Source of the DNA: an uncultured delta proteobacterium
Lineage (GTDB): Bacteria; Desulfobacterota; BSN033; UBA1163
Length of the DNA: 64,000 nt
Direction of reading: 5' to 3'
NCBI GenBank assembly: GCA_963827685.1
Contig: CAWHBU010000004.1
Coordinates: 32,001-96,000 of the forward strand
In this document: positions 40,255-51,448 of the stretch, in pieces
Layout of the letters: the number at the start of each line of letters is the position of its first letter
Numbering within the stretch: position 1 is the stretch's first letter
Made by a program: the position numbers and the translations under genes
Notes under the pieces: generated by a model
Databases searched by the model: none
The model's input: the letters and a program-made list of their open reading frames with translations, nothing else
Told to the model about the DNA's origin: nothing

Positions 40255-41559
40255 ATGGGGTTAAGGTCATTTGGCTTGGCTAAAGCGATATTCTTCCTTT
40301 CTTTGATCTTCATGTCGATGCCTTGTTCCTCATCCGCCCAGTCAGAAAGACCACGGTTGAATGTTGATCGATTGATTGAAGAGGCACTCCAGAACAATCC
40401 AGAGATTTCAGCGGCAAAGATAAAATGGGAGGTCTTTAAAGAAAAAATACCTCAGGCCTATGCCTTGGAAGATCCAATGTTCGGTTTTGGAATCGTTAGC
40501 CTTCCTACTAATTTCAGTTTTAAAGATGAAGACATGACGATGAAGGAATTTTCCATCTCTCAGAGGTTTCCTTTTCCCGGAAAGAGACCCTTGATGAAGG
40601 AGATGGCATCCAGGGAGGCAGAAGCTGTTTCCGCAGAGATTCAAGGGAAGATACATCAGATTATTAAGGATGTGAAGACAGCTTACTACGATCTCTCTCA
40701 TAACTACCGAACAACAGAAGTCACCCAAAGGAACAAAAGGATTCTGGAAGATTTTGCCAAGATCGCTGAAACGCGCTATGCCGTTGGGGAGGGGATACAA
40801 CAGGATGTGTTTAAGGCCCATGTGGAGGTCTCTAAAATGGTGGATGAACTCATTATGTTGAGTCAACGGAAAAAAGCGCTCGAAGCAAAACTGAATGCTT
40901 TGCTGAATCGACCTCCAGAAACGCCTATGGATGAACCTGAAGACGTGGTTTTCAGAAAATTTCCTTTCACCATTGAAGAGCTCCAGAAGATGGCCTTAGA
41001 AATGAACCCTGCTCTGAAGGGAATGAAAAAGATGATCGAAGCCAAGGGAAAAGCCTATGCCCTTGCCAAGAGAGAGTATTACCCTGACTTTAATTTCAAA
41101 TTTGCCTATGGTCAGAGGGATAACGGGCCGGACATGAGACGCCGTGATATGCTCACAGGGATGGTAGAGATGAACATTCCCATCTTCTATAAGTCGAAGC
41201 AAGATCGAAAAGTGGCAGAGACAAAGGCTGAGATCCTGGCCACAGAGGCCCAATACCGGGCGATGAAGAATGAGGTCCTTTTCATGATTACTGATATGGC
41301 TTCTATGATCCAGCGCGGGGAAAGACAAATAGAACTCTACAAAACAGGAATCATTCCCCAGGCGAGCCTTCAAATCAATTCAGCCATGAGTTCCTATCGA
41401 GTGAATAAGGCTGATTTTATGACTCTATTGGATAGCCAAATGACGCTCTACAAATACGAGCTGGAGTATCATCAGGCGTTGACCGAGCATGAAAAGAATG
41501 CCGCCAACTTGGGGGCGACTGTTGGGAAACGGTTCTTGGAAGGGGGGGAAGGAAAGTGA
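40255..41559 (+). CDS. TolC-family outer membrane efflux protein (CusC-like)
   Basis: ALQNNPEI, SQRFPFPGK, YYPDF; first gene of an RND triad. Confidence 0.92.
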   Translation: MGLRSFGLAKAIFFLSLIFMSMPCSSSAQSERPRLNVDRLIEEALQNNPEISAAKIKWEVFKEKIPQAYALEDPMFGFGIVSLPTNFSFKDEDMTMKEFSISQRFPFPGKRPLMKEMASREAEAVSAEIQGKIHQIIKDVKTAYYDLSHNYRTTEVTQRNKRILEDFAKIAETRYAVGEGIQQDVFKAHVEVSKMVDELIMLSQRKKALEAKLNALLNRPPETPMDEPEDVVFRKFPFTIEELQKMALEMNPALKGMKKMIEAKGKAYALAKREYYPDFNFKFAYGQRDNGPDMRRRDMLTGMVEMNIPIFYKSKQDRKVAETKAEILATEAQYRAMKNEVLFMITDMASMIQRGERQIELYKTGIIPQASLQINSAMSSYRVNKADFMTLLDSQMTLYKYELEYHQALTEHEKNAANLGATVGKRFLEGGEGK

Positions 41560-42773
41560 AAAGATCGATTTGGATCGTCCTTTTTTGGGTCCTGCCTTGG
41601 CTGGTTTTAGGATGTGGAAGAGGGAAAGAGACCACCACACATCGGGGACATAAAGAGGAAGTGAAGCAGGAGGCGAAAAAAGCGGATGATATGGAGATGA
41701 AGAACCTGACCATGGAGTCCATCCAGAAGGAAGGAAAGATGGAGGAGGTGGCTCCTGGGACAGTTCAAATCTCTCCTGAACGACAACAGCTCATCGGTGT
41801 CAGAATCGGAGTCGTAGAGATGAGATCTCTTGAGAAGGTGATCCGGACCGTAGGCAGGGTGGACTATGACGAAAAGAGGATCGTTACGGTCTCACCCAAA
41901 ATCGGGGGTTGGATTGAAGACCTTTATGTCGATTTCACAGGCAGATTTGTCAAACAGGGAGATGCTCTTCTAACCATCTACAGCCCGGAATTAGTGTCCA
42001 CTCAAGAGGAATATCTTATCGCTCTTCGAGCAAAGAAAGATTTGGCAAAGAGTCCGTTTCCAGACGTGGCCGGCAGCGGAGACTCTCTTGCAGAATCTGC
42101 CAAGCGCCGCCTGAAACTCTGGGACATCAGTGATGATCAGATCAAAACCCTGGAAGAGAGTGGTCAGGCCAAAAAGACGCTCACTCTCTATTCGCCTTTT
42201 AGCGGATTCGTTCTGGAAAAATCAGCCTATAAAGGGATGAATGTTATGCCAGGGATCGCCTTGTATAAACTGGCTGACCTCTCGGTTGTCTGGCTCTATG
42301 CGGATATCTATGAATATGAACTTCCTTCCATCCGACTGGGGCAGCAAGCTTCCATTCAACTATCATATATCCCTGGAGAGACATTTACTGGAAGAGCAAT
42401 CTATATCTATCCTTCTCTCAATCCGGAGACTCGAACAGCAAAGGTGAGGTTCGAGATCCCAAATGCTCATGAAAGGCTGAAACCGGAGATGTACGCCAAT
42501 GTGGAGATTAAGGTTCCCTTAGGGCAGAAGTTAGCCGTGCCAGAAGGAGCAATCATTGATACGGGTGTCCGTCAGGTGGCGATCCTTGATAAAGGCAACG
42601 GTTATTTCGAACCGAGAGAGGTAAAGGTTGGGTCCAAGGTAGAAGGCTATTATGAGGTCATCAAAGGGCTCAAGGCTGGAGAACGGGTGGTGACGAGCGC
42701 TAATTTCCTCATCGACTCCGAATCGAAGTTAAAAGAAGCCGTGGGTGGTATGGCAGGTATGCCCGGAATGTAG
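41556..42773 (+). CDS. cusB: CusB-family periplasmic adaptor
   Basis: GWIEDL, IYSPELVSTQEEY, LKPEMY, ANFLIDSES. Confidence 0.92.
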   Translation: MKRSIWIVLFWVLPWLVLGCGRGKETTTHRGHKEEVKQEAKKADDMEMKNLTMESIQKEGKMEEVAPGTVQISPERQQLIGVRIGVVEMRSLEKVIRTVGRVDYDEKRIVTVSPKIGGWIEDLYVDFTGRFVKQGDALLTIYSPELVSTQEEYLIALRAKKDLAKSPFPDVAGSGDSLAESAKRRLKLWDISDDQIKTLEESGQAKKTLTLYSPFSGFVLEKSAYKGMNVMPGIALYKLADLSVVWLYADIYEYELPSIRLGQQASIQLSYIPGETFTGRAIYIYPSLNPETRTAKVRFEIPNAHERLKPEMYANVEIKVPLGQKLAVPEGAIIDTGVRQVAILDKGNGYFEPREVKVGSKVEGYYEVIKGLKAGERVVTSANFLIDSESKLKEAVGGMAGMPGM

Positions 42774-42804
42774 CATGCAGGACATGGAAAATAAGAATTG
42801 CAGC

Positions 42805-42852
42805 CCCCTCACCCCGCCCTCTCCCCGTGGGGAAGAGGGAAAGGGTGAGGGG
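42805..42852. repeat. REP-like palindrome CCCCTCACCC...GGGTGAGGGG
   Basis: Related partial copy at about 46240-46279. Confidence 0.6.
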
Positions 42853-42866
42853 ATGCGGGGGTTTCA

Positions 42867-45800
42867 ATGATCAATAAACTGATCGAGCTTTGCGCCCATA
42901 ACAAGTTCTTGGTATTTCTTTTGATAGGAATGGCATTGTTATGGGGATTGTGGTCCATCAAGAATATTAAGCTTGATGGAATTCCCGACCTTTCGGATAC
43001 TCAGGTGATCGTCTTTTCGCGGTGGGACCGCAGCCCGGATATCATGGAGGACCAGGTGACGTACCCGATCATCTCGGCTCTTCTGGGTGTGCCGAAGGTG
43101 AAAGACATTCGGGGTTTCTCCGATTTTGGCTTCTCCTATGTCTATATCATCTTCGAGGATGGAACGGATATCTACTGGGCCCGCTCGCGGACACTTGAGT
43201 ATTTGAGCAACATCCTGCCTCGCCTCCCGCAGGGGGTCAACGTTGAGCTGGCTCGCGACGAAACAGCCATTGGATGGGTGTTCCAGTATGCCCTCGTTGA
43301 CAAGACAGGAAAGAATGATCTCTCCCAGCTACGTTCTTTTCAAGATTGGCATCTTCGGTATGCGTTGCAGGCGGTGCCGGGAGTGGCCGAGGTAGCACCC
43401 ATCGGCGGGTTTGTCAAGCAATATCAAGTGAATGTGGACCCCAATAAACTGGTGGCTTACAACATTTCCATTGATCGAGTGATCGAAGCAGTGCGGGCAG
43501 GGAATAATGATGTTGGCGGGAGATTGGTCGAATTCTCCGGACTCGAATATATGGTTCGAGGCATTGGTTATATTAAGAAAGTCTCTGATGTGGAGAACAT
43601 CGTGGTGGGTACCAGCAAGATCGGTGGCACTCCGATTCTGGTCAAGGATCTCGGCATGGTTACATTAGGCCCTGATATGCGACGGGGCATTGCTGAACTT
43701 AATGGTGAGGGAGAGGTCGTCGGCGGCATCGTCATCATGCGTTTCGGAGAGAATGCTCTGAAGGTGATCGAACGGGTCCGCACAAAACTTGAAGAGATAA
43801 AGCCTTCACTTCCCCCCGGGGTTGAGATCGTCACTACCTATGATCGCGGCGAGTTGATCGACCGTGCCATTGCGACTCTCAAAGATACGCTGCTTGAAGA
43901 ACTCGTCATTGTCAGCATTGTGATCATGATCTTCCTCTGGCACATCCCGTCTGCCATCGTTCCCATGATTACGATCCCTATCACCATCATCCTCTCATTC
44001 ATCCCGATGTATCTTATGGACCTGACCGCCAACATCATGAGCCTCGGCGGAATTGCTATTGCCATCGGCGCCATGGTGGACGCAGCCATCGTCGTGGTAG
44101 AACAGACGCATAAAAAACTGGAACATTGGGATGCGGTAGGAAGGCCGGGCAATTATAAGGACGTAGTGATCAGCGCCGTGAAGGAAGTGGGTGGACCGAG
44201 CTTTTTCGCTCTTCTGGTCATCGCTGTTTCATTTATGCCTGTCTTTACGTTAGCCGGCATGGAGGGTCGTCTCTTCAAGCCTCTGGCTTTTACAAAAAAT
44301 TTTTCCATGGCCATCGCCGCTGTTCTGGCCATCACACTTGATCCTGCCATCCGTTTGCTCTTTACCCACATGGATCCCTACCAGTTTCGACCCAAATTCC
44401 TGTGCCGGATTGTCAATGCATTGCTGGTCGGGAAGATCCACAGCGAGGAAACCCATCCCATCAGCCGGCCGTTGATGAAGGTCTACCTCCCGCTCTGTGA
44501 ATTTGTGCTGAGACACAAATGGGCCACTTTGATGGTGGCAGCCCTTGTTGTTTTTGGAACGGTCCCTATTTTCGAAAAGCTCGGATCCGAGTTTATGCCG
44601 CCTCTTTTTGAAGGCGATCTGCTCTATATGCCGATGGCCTTGCCCGGTATCTCTGTTACGGAAGCACAAAAGTTACTCCAGGTTCAGGATAAGGTATTGA
44701 AGAGCTTTCCCGAAGTCGATCTGGTCTTCGGTAAAGCGGGACGCGCAGAAACAGCGACCGATCCGGCTCCCTTTTCGATGATGGAGACGGTGATCCTTCT
44801 CAAGCCTGAGTCGGAATGGCCAGTGAAAGCTCGATGGTATTCTTCGTGGGCACCGGAATGGCTGAGAAAAATCCTTGGCAGGTTCTGGCGAGATCGTAGA
44901 ACTCCTGACGAATTGATTTATGGTCCGGGGGGACTCGACGAAAAGATGCGATTTCCTGGGGTCTCCAACAGCTGGACCTATCCTATCAAAGCCCGCATTG
45001 ACATGCTTTCGACGGGTGTGAGAACGCCGATCGGAATCAAAATCATGGGGGCGGACCTGGAAAAGGTTCAGCAGTTGGGTGAGCACATTGAGATGCTATT
45101 GAAGGATGTGCCAGGCACAAAAAGCGTTTTTGCTGAACGTACGGCCGGCGGGTACTTTCTTGACTTTACGCTTAAACGCCCGGAACTGGCTCGCTATGGT
45201 CTAACCATAGATCAAGCCAACAGCATCGTGATGTCGGCGATAGGGGGCGAAAACGTTACGACTACCATCGAGGGCAGGGAACGGTATCCGGTCAACGTCC
45301 GGTATTTCAGGGGTTTTCGGGATGATATAGAAAAACTCAAGAGGGTTCTTGTCCCTGTCCGGCCGGGCGGTCCAAGTCCAGCAGGAGGCATGGGTGGGGG
45401 AATGGGCGGATCAGGAGGAACAGTAGGCATACGGGTAGCCCATGTGCCCATTACGGAGATAGCTGAAATCTCAATGAAGACAGGCCCTGGCATGATCCGC
45501 GACGAAAACGGGCGGCTTTCCGGTTACGTTTACGTTGATCTTGACACCTCCAAACGCGATATTGGCAGCTACGTGGCAGATGCGAAGAAGCTCATCAAGG
45601 CGAATTTACAGCTTCCGGCGGGATACCAGTTGATCTGGAGCGGCCAGTTCGAGTTCATGGAGCGTGTCAAGGAACGTCTCTTTGTGGTCGTGCCTATCAC
45701 TATTTTCCTGATTTTTCTGCTCCTCTATTTCAACACCCGGTCGATTACCAAGGCGATCATCATCTTCCTCGCTGTTCCCTTCTCGGCAGTCGGCGCGATC

Positions 45801-46220
45801 TGGTTTCTCTACTGGCTCGGGTACAACACGAGTATCGCGGTCTGGGTGGGTTTGATCGCTTTAATGGGTGTCGATGCGGAAACCGGTATGTTCATGCTTC
45901 TCTACCTTGATCTGGCCTATCATGAGGCCCAGGCAAAAGGGAGGATGAGGAATTGGAATGATCTCCGGGAGGCGATTGTGGAAGGTGCGGTGAAGCGACT
46001 TCGGCCTAAGGTGATGACGGTGGGCGTGATGTTTATGGGCCTCGTTCCCATCATGTGGTCAGTGGGCAGCGGCGCTGACACCATGAAGCGGATTGCCGCC
46101 CCGATGATCGGTGGCATCTTCACATCGTTCATTATGGAATTGGGTGTTTATCCTGCAATCTACGCCATATGGAAATGGAACTTTGGGCTGAAGAAGCAAT
46201 TGAGTTCCAGCCAAGCATAA
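42867..46220 (+). CDS. cusA: CusA/SilA heavy-metal RND permease
   Basis: PDLSDTQVIV, IYWARSR, IGAMVDAAIV; Met triad region SEFMPPL...GRAETATDPAPFSMMET...RIDMLSTG. Confidence 0.95.
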   Translation: MINKLIELCAHNKFLVFLLIGMALLWGLWSIKNIKLDGIPDLSDTQVIVFSRWDRSPDIMEDQVTYPIISALLGVPKVKDIRGFSDFGFSYVYIIFEDGTDIYWARSRTLEYLSNILPRLPQGVNVELARDETAIGWVFQYALVDKTGKNDLSQLRSFQDWHLRYALQAVPGVAEVAPIGGFVKQYQVNVDPNKLVAYNISIDRVIEAVRAGNNDVGGRLVEFSGLEYMVRGIGYIKKVSDVENIVVGTSKIGGTPILVKDLGMVTLGPDMRRGIAELNGEGEVVGGIVIMRFGENALKVIERVRTKLEEIKPSLPPGVEIVTTYDRGELIDRAIATLKDTLLEELVIVSIVIMIFLWHIPSAIVPMITIPITIILSFIPMYLMDLTANIMSLGGIAIAIGAMVDAAIVVVEQTHKKLEHWDAVGRPGNYKDVVISAVKEVGGPSFFALLVIAVSFMPVFTLAGMEGRLFKPLAFTKNFSMAIAAVLAITLDPAIRLLFTHMDPYQFRPKFLCRIVNALLVGKIHSEETHPISRPLMKVYLPLCEFVLRHKWATLMVAALVVFGTVPIFEKLGSEFMPPLFEGDLLYMPMALPGISVTEAQKLLQVQDKVLKSFPEVDLVFGKAGRAETATDPAPFSMMETVILLKPESEWPVKARWYSSWAPEWLRKILGRFWRDRRTPDELIYGPGGLDEKMRFPGVSNSWTYPIKARIDMLSTGVRTPIGIKIMGADLEKVQQLGEHIEMLLKDVPGTKSVFAERTAGGYFLDFTLKRPELARYGLTIDQANSIVMSAIGGENVTTTIEGRERYPVNVRYFRGFRDDIEKLKRVLVPVRPGGPSPAGGMGGGMGGSGGTVGIRVAHVPITEIAEISMKTGPGMIRDENGRLSGYVYVDLDTSKRDIGSYVADAKKLIKANLQLPAGYQLIWSGQFEFMERVKERLFVVVPITIFLIFLLLYFNTRSITKAIIIFLAVPFSAVGAIWFLYWLGYNTSIAVWVGLIALMGVDAETGMFMLLYLDLAYHEAQAKGRMRNWNDLREAIVEGAVKRLRPKVMTVGVMFMGLVPIMWSVGSGADTMKRIAAPMIGGIFTSFIMELGVYPAIYAIWKWNFGLKKQLSSSQA

Positions 46221-46289
46221 AATGAATGTGTTCAAACAGCCCCCTCTCTCCCATGCGGGAGGGGGTGGGGGTGAGGGGGACTTCGACCT

Positions 46290-47576
46290 GTGGTAGAATT
46301 TATCCACCCAGCCTTTTTGTTGATCGGGATCTTTGTACTGGCAAGGGCATCAACCTTCTTGGCCAAGCGATTTGGCATATCCGCTTTGACGATTCAACTT
46401 TCGATTGGGATTCTTCTCGGCCCCTCCCTACTCAATCTTTTGGGAGCTCCGATCATCCTAGGCACCTGGGGGAGCCCATCCCCCAATCCAATCCTCGCCA
46501 TTTTAAAAATTCTTGCGGAGATTGGACTCATTCAGTTGATGTTTCTTGCAAGTCTGGAGGTGGATTGGCAGGAGCTGAAGAAATTATTAAAATCCTCTTT
46601 TTCCGTGGGTGCTTTGGGATTTGGTTTGACTGCGCTGAGTGTTGCGACCCTCACGCGGCTGTTTGTGGATCGCTGGGCAGAAGCCCTGGGGATGAGTGCG
46701 ATCGTGTCAGCCTCCAGCTTTGGAATTTCAATTTATTGCTTGAGCGAGATGAAGGTCCTTGGTTCCCGGGTTGGTGTCACGGTATCAGGAGCAGCCGTCT
46801 TGAGTGGTTTGTTGACGATTCTGTTAATGATTGCAAGCCAAGCCACCAACTACGGAATGGCGTACGGTGTGTTGAGAATGGTGGTCGCTGTTTCCTGGTT
46901 TTTCGGGAAGCTCATCATGTTTCTTGCAATCGCCTACTTTTTGACCTCTCGATTCTTGAAACTATCTTCGAAATCTGGTTTTCAAAAAAGGCCCAGACAA
47001 ATACTCATTGGATATCTTCTTCTGGTGGCTTCGTTGTATGCATGGGCGGCGATGCATTTTGGAAGTTTCGCTGCTGTAGGCGTTGCCTCTTTAGGAGGCG
47101 CGCTGCTCGGAATGTCAAACCGGGAGGCGAAAGAAAAAATTGCAAAAGGATTTGAATCCGTTTTGGCTTCGATCCCTGTGGGAATTCTATTCATAGTAAT
47201 CGGAATGGAGGTGAATCTCAAGGCTGCAGAAAGTTCCACCTTTTTTTTCGCTGTTTTGCTCGCGGCAGTCGTCGGTGCAAAGCTAATTGGATGCTGGATT
47301 GCTACAAATAAAGGATATGAATCATCGCGTGAGCGGGCCTTGATCATGTTTGGAGTCTTGGCTCAAGGCGAAATGGGGATCGTGGTCGCTGCCTACCTAT
47401 TTTCACGTGGGGTGTTGAATCCTGCACTCTTTAACGTAGCAGTTATAGCGGTGGTTTCGTTAACGATAGTCTCACCCGTCTTGATGAGGATTGCTTCCTC
47501 GGAATTCGGAGTTCAAACGACTTGTGTTCGAGGTGCTGGATCCGAAAGGTCTAATTCTTTTGGCCAAAATCCTTGA
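46290..47576 (+). CDS. Cation:proton antiporter (CPA2-like)
   Basis: About 12 TM segments; GILLGPS, LAEIGLIQLMFLASLE, AKLIG, AQGEMGIVV. Confidence 0.8.
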   Translation: MVEFIHPAFLLIGIFVLARASTFLAKRFGISALTIQLSIGILLGPSLLNLLGAPIILGTWGSPSPNPILAILKILAEIGLIQLMFLASLEVDWQELKKLLKSSFSVGALGFGLTALSVATLTRLFVDRWAEALGMSAIVSASSFGISIYCLSEMKVLGSRVGVTVSGAAVLSGLLTILLMIASQATNYGMAYGVLRMVVAVSWFFGKLIMFLAIAYFLTSRFLKLSSKSGFQKRPRQILIGYLLLVASLYAWAAMHFGSFAAVGVASLGGALLGMSNREAKEKIAKGFESVLASIPVGILFIVIGMEVNLKAAESSTFFFAVLLAAVVGAKLIGCWIATNKGYESSRERALIMFGVLAQGEMGIVVAAYLFSRGVLNPALFNVAVIAVVSLTIVSPVLMRIASSEFGVQTTCVRGAGSERSNSFGQNP

Positions 47577-47620
47577 ATTACAGATATCAATGATCATATT
47601 AATATGATAGAGGCGCCTCT

Positions 47621-48193
47621 ATGAATTATAGTGTAGTTAAGAGGGAGGTGGTCGAGACGAAGAAGCTTATTATCCTGCTGATTTTATTCGTTTTTGTTGC
47701 GCCTGCCTATGCTGCCACGATTTACAAATGGGTGGATAAAGAAGGGGTTGCGAATTATTCGGATGATTACAGTAGAGTTCCTGCTCTCTATCGTGATCGG
47801 GTTCAAGCGCTGGAGTTTTTGACAGAAACGGGACCTCCTGTACAAACCCCGAAGACGACTCCAGGGAACAAAGAGGAAGTCAGGACGGATATTTATGGTC
47901 GAGATGAGACTTGGTGGAGGGAGAAAGTCCATCCGTGGAAGGAAGAGTTAAAAGAAGCCACTGGGAACTATGAGAACGCACAGAAAGAATATATGGAACA
48001 GGCAGAAGGATTGGGTGAGTTCAGATTTGGGAGGTTGAGCTTGACTCAATATCAAATGCTTTCTTATAGGCTAGAGGTTTTAAATAAGGAAATGGAGACG
48101 TATCAGGGGCAAATCACCGAGGCTAATGAGATGTTAAGCAGACTCTTCCAAGAAGCAAAAGAGACAAAGGCAGATCCTGCATGGCTTGAATAG
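47621..48193 (+). CDS. DUF4124-domain exported protein
   Basis: IYKWVDKEGVANYSDD..VP..YR followed by a coiled coil; start uncertain. Confidence 0.8.
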   Translation: MNYSVVKREVVETKKLIILLILFVFVAPAYAATIYKWVDKEGVANYSDDYSRVPALYRDRVQALEFLTETGPPVQTPKTTPGNKEEVRTDIYGRDETWWREKVHPWKEELKEATGNYENAQKEYMEQAEGLGEFRFGRLSLTQYQMLSYRLEVLNKEMETYQGQITEANEMLSRLFQEAKETKADPAWLE

Positions 48194-48226
48194 GTTCGTT
48201 AAAATTCCTTGAAGGAGGTCTATGCG

Positions 48227-48706
48227 ATGAATAGAGTGATTTCGGTTATTGGTGTATTTGTTTTTTGTTTGTTTATATTTGTATCGGCCCCTGTGGCTCA
48301 GCATTCACACGGAGGAATGTCCATGGGCACGCCAATGAAGATGGATACCAGGGAGGTTCTTGTTGAGGGAGTGAAGGTCACCTTTCAGATTATGGCCAAT
48401 GATGAGCATAAGAAAATGCTTAAAGACATGAAGATGAAAGAGGGTATCGAGCCTGGAACGACTCATAACATCACGGTGACGCTGAAAGATGAAAAGACTC
48501 AAAAAGAGATGGCCAATGCTCAGATCAGCATGAAAGTGGTTGATCCCAAAGGGAAAGATCAGATCAAACCCCTTAAATACGATGGTGAGATGAAAAGCTA
48601 TGATGCCTTTTTCGACCTTCCGGACAAGGGAAAGTATCAGGTCATGATTCTCTTTAAAATAGGGGATCAAAAAAAGACGGCCGGGATATATTATGAGATG
48701 AAATAA
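48227..48706 (+). CDS. Periplasmic Met/His-rich putative copper-binding protein (Ig-like fold)
   Basis: Signal peptide, QHSHGGMSMGTPMKM, THNITV, GKYQVMILFK; directly upstream of copA. Confidence 0.65.
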   Translation: MNRVISVIGVFVFCLFIFVSAPVAQHSHGGMSMGTPMKMDTREVLVEGVKVTFQIMANDEHKKMLKDMKMKEGIEPGTTHNITVTLKDEKTQKEMANAQISMKVVDPKGKDQIKPLKYDGEMKSYDAFFDLPDKGKYQVMILFKIGDQKKTAGIYYEMK

Positions 48707-48852
48707 CCAAATTCCAAGCACCAAGCATCAAGCACCAAATAAATTCCAATGACCAATATCCAAACTTTATATTTTTGTTGTCTGTTTTGGGTCATTGGGA
48801 TTTGATTATTGGATATTGTTTGGAATTTGTGATTTGGTTATTGGAATTTAAT
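48707..48852. repeat. Imperfect palindrome of heptamer repeats (CCAAATT/CCAAGCA vs TTGGAAT/TTGGATA)
   Basis: accaaattccaagcaccaagcatcaagcacc ... ttggatattgtttggaatttgtgatttggttattggaattt. Confidence 0.65.
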
Positions 48853-48884
48853 TCAATGAGTTCATATTGAGGTAAGGGTTATTC

Positions 48885-51353
48885 ATGGAATCTAAGGATC
48901 AAGCGAAAGAGTTAGAGCGAATAGACCTTTCCATCACAGGAATGTCCTGTGCCAGTTGTGCGTTAAAGATTGAAAAAGGGTTGGCCGGCCTTGAAGGAGT
49001 TTCGAAAGCGACGGTCAACTTTGCCGCGGAGAAAGCCACGGTTGTCTTCCATCCTGCCCAAACGGATGTTTCCCACTTCATCGACAAGGTGAAGGACTTG
49101 GGCTATGGGGCAAAGATGGAGAAGGTTGTTCTCCCCATCCAGGGAATGACCTGTGCCTCCTGTGTGAATAAAGTGGAGAAGGCTCTCAACTCTGTTAAAG
49201 GCGTGGTTCACGCAGACGTTAACTTCGCCACAGAAAGGGCATCGGTTGAATATATTCCTGAAGAGGTATCGATCAGGGATCTGAAGAAGGTTGTTGAAGA
49301 AGCGGGTTATCATGTTCTCGAGGTGAAAGAGGAAGATATCGTTGAGAAGGAAAGGCTTGCCAGAGAGGCAGAACTCTACCGATTAAAATTGAAATTCATC
49401 TTAGGGGCGATCTTCCTCGCTCCTATCTTACTCCTCATGTACGGGGCTTCTTTTTTTGAGAAATGGATGGGATTGTCGAAGGAAGGCAATTTCTTCCTTC
49501 AATTTCTACTGGCGACTCCTGTTCAATTCTGGATAGGTTGGCAGTTTTATGTTGGGTTCTGGAAGGCGACGAAACATAGGACCAGCGATATGAACACATT
49601 GATCGCTGTCGGGACCTCTGCGGCTTATCTCTATAGTCTTATCGTGACTTTTGTCCCTCACCTGATCATGGTCAAAGGCCTGATGGTGGATGTCTATTTT
49701 GATACCTCTGCAGCGATTGTTGTCCTTATCCTCCTCGGAAGATTCTTAGAGGCGAGGGCAAAAGGAAAAACTTCAGAGGCGATTAAAAAGCTGATTGGTC
49801 TTCAACCCAAGACGGCCAGGGTCCTCCGAAACGGAAACGAAGTGGATATCCCGGTTGAAGAAGTTGCCTTAGGAGATATGATCATAGTCCGTCCGGGTGA
49901 AAAAATTCCGGTGGATGGAATCATCAGAGAGGGTTACTCCTCTGTGGATGAATCGATGGTGACAGGGGAATCCTTACCCGTTGAAAAGAAAGCCGGGGAT
50001 ACTGCCATTGGCGCAACGATAAATAAGACTGGGACATTTAAATTTGAGGCGACCAAGGTTGGAAAGGATACGGTTCTTGCTCAGATCGTTCGGCTGGTTC
50101 AAGAAGCCCAGGGGTCGAAGCCCCCGATTGCCCGGATGGTTGATGTGATTGCAAGCTATTTTGTTCCTGTTGTCATCTCCATAGCGATCGTCACATTTAT
50201 CGTCTGGTATCTCTTGGGTCCTCATCCAGCACTGACCTATGCCTTTCTCAACTTCGTGGCAGTGCTGATCATTGCCTGCCCTTGCGCCTTGGGATTGGCA
50301 ACCCCCACCTCCATCATGGTGGGAACAGGGAAGGGTGCAGAAAATGGAATTCTGATTCGAGGGGCAGAGGCTCTGGAGACAGCGCATCAATTGAATACCA
50401 TTGTCTTGGATAAGACTGGAACATTGACCAAAGGAGAGCCTTCTGTAACAGATATCATTGAGTCTGAGAAGTTTACTAAGAAAGAAATCTTGACATTCGC
50501 TGCCTCAGCTGAAAGGGGATCGGAACATCCTTTGGGCGAGGCGATTGTGAGAAAGGCAAGAGAGGAGGATTTAAATCTTCTGGATCCGAGAGACTTTCAG
50601 GCCATTGCAGGTCATGGGATTGAGGCGACGGTCGATTCAAAAAGAGTCCTCCTTGGAAATTTGAGACTGATGGAAGAAAAAAAGGTAAGTTTAAATGGGT
50701 TATTGAATAGAGCAGAACAGCTTTCCAATGAAGGAAAGACCTCTATGTTTTTGGCTGTCGAGGGGGAAATAGCCGGGATCATTGCTGTGGCAGATACATT
50801 GAAAGAGAATTCGAGGAAGGCTGTAGAGGCTTTTCACCAGATGGGATTGGAAGTAGTGATGCTTACCGGAGATAACCAACGAACCGCCAAAGCCATTGCA
50901 AATCAGATTGGAGTTGACCGAGTCCTGGCAGAAGTTCTTCCTGAGATGAAGGCAGAAGAGGTGAGGCGGCTTCAGTCGGAAGGGAAAAGGGTCGGGATGG
51001 TGGGAGATGGTATCAATGATGCCCCTGCCTTGGCTCAGGCCGATGTGGGAATTGCGATTGGAACAGGGACCGATGTGGCGATGGAGTCCTCGGACATCAC
51101 TTTAATTGGTGGGGATTTAAGAGGAATCGTGACGGCCATTGCATTAAGCAAGGCGACCATTCGGAATATCAGGCAGAATCTCTTTTGGGCTTTTGCTTAC
51201 AATACGATTCTCATTCCTGTCGCCGCAGGAGTTCTTTTTCCATTTTTCGGTATCCTTCTCAATCCCATCTTTGCCGCAGGGGCCATGGCAATTTCATCGG
51301 TCACGGTGGTTTCAAATGCACTAAGACTTCGGAGGTTCAAACCGCCAATGTAA
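48885..51353 (+). CDS. copA: Copper-translocating P1B-type ATPase
   Basis: Two GM(S/T)CASC metal-binding domains, CPC, DKTGT, SEHP, GDGIND, YN and MAISS. Confidence 0.96.
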   Translation: MESKDQAKELERIDLSITGMSCASCALKIEKGLAGLEGVSKATVNFAAEKATVVFHPAQTDVSHFIDKVKDLGYGAKMEKVVLPIQGMTCASCVNKVEKALNSVKGVVHADVNFATERASVEYIPEEVSIRDLKKVVEEAGYHVLEVKEEDIVEKERLAREAELYRLKLKFILGAIFLAPILLLMYGASFFEKWMGLSKEGNFFLQFLLATPVQFWIGWQFYVGFWKATKHRTSDMNTLIAVGTSAAYLYSLIVTFVPHLIMVKGLMVDVYFDTSAAIVVLILLGRFLEARAKGKTSEAIKKLIGLQPKTARVLRNGNEVDIPVEEVALGDMIIVRPGEKIPVDGIIREGYSSVDESMVTGESLPVEKKAGDTAIGATINKTGTFKFEATKVGKDTVLAQIVRLVQEAQGSKPPIARMVDVIASYFVPVVISIAIVTFIVWYLLGPHPALTYAFLNFVAVLIIACPCALGLATPTSIMVGTGKGAENGILIRGAEALETAHQLNTIVLDKTGTLTKGEPSVTDIIESEKFTKKEILTFAASAERGSEHPLGEAIVRKAREEDLNLLDPRDFQAIAGHGIEATVDSKRVLLGNLRLMEEKKVSLNGLLNRAEQLSNEGKTSMFLAVEGEIAGIIAVADTLKENSRKAVEAFHQMGLEVVMLTGDNQRTAKAIANQIGVDRVLAEVLPEMKAEEVRRLQSEGKRVGMVGDGINDAPALAQADVGIAIGTGTDVAMESSDITLIGGDLRGIVTAIALSKATIRNIRQNLFWAFAYNTILIPVAAGVLFPFFGILLNPIFAAGAMAISSVTVVSNALRLRRFKPPM

Positions 51354-51448
51354 TTACCGAATTAAGGAATTGCGAATTAAGAAGTTAGAAATTCCTCAAT
51401 CCCTAAATTCCTTAATTCCCAAATTTGGGAGATAGAAAGGAGAATTCT

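Noticed and set aside
42771-42773. Pyrrolysine read-through of the cusB TAG
   Set aside because: No pyl genes in the window and only six codons follow; a nonsense mutation is simpler.
46226-47155. 309-aa Cys-rich ORF overlapping the antiporter
   Set aside because: Off-frame shadow of a hydrophobic membrane-protein gene, starting inside a REP-like repeat.
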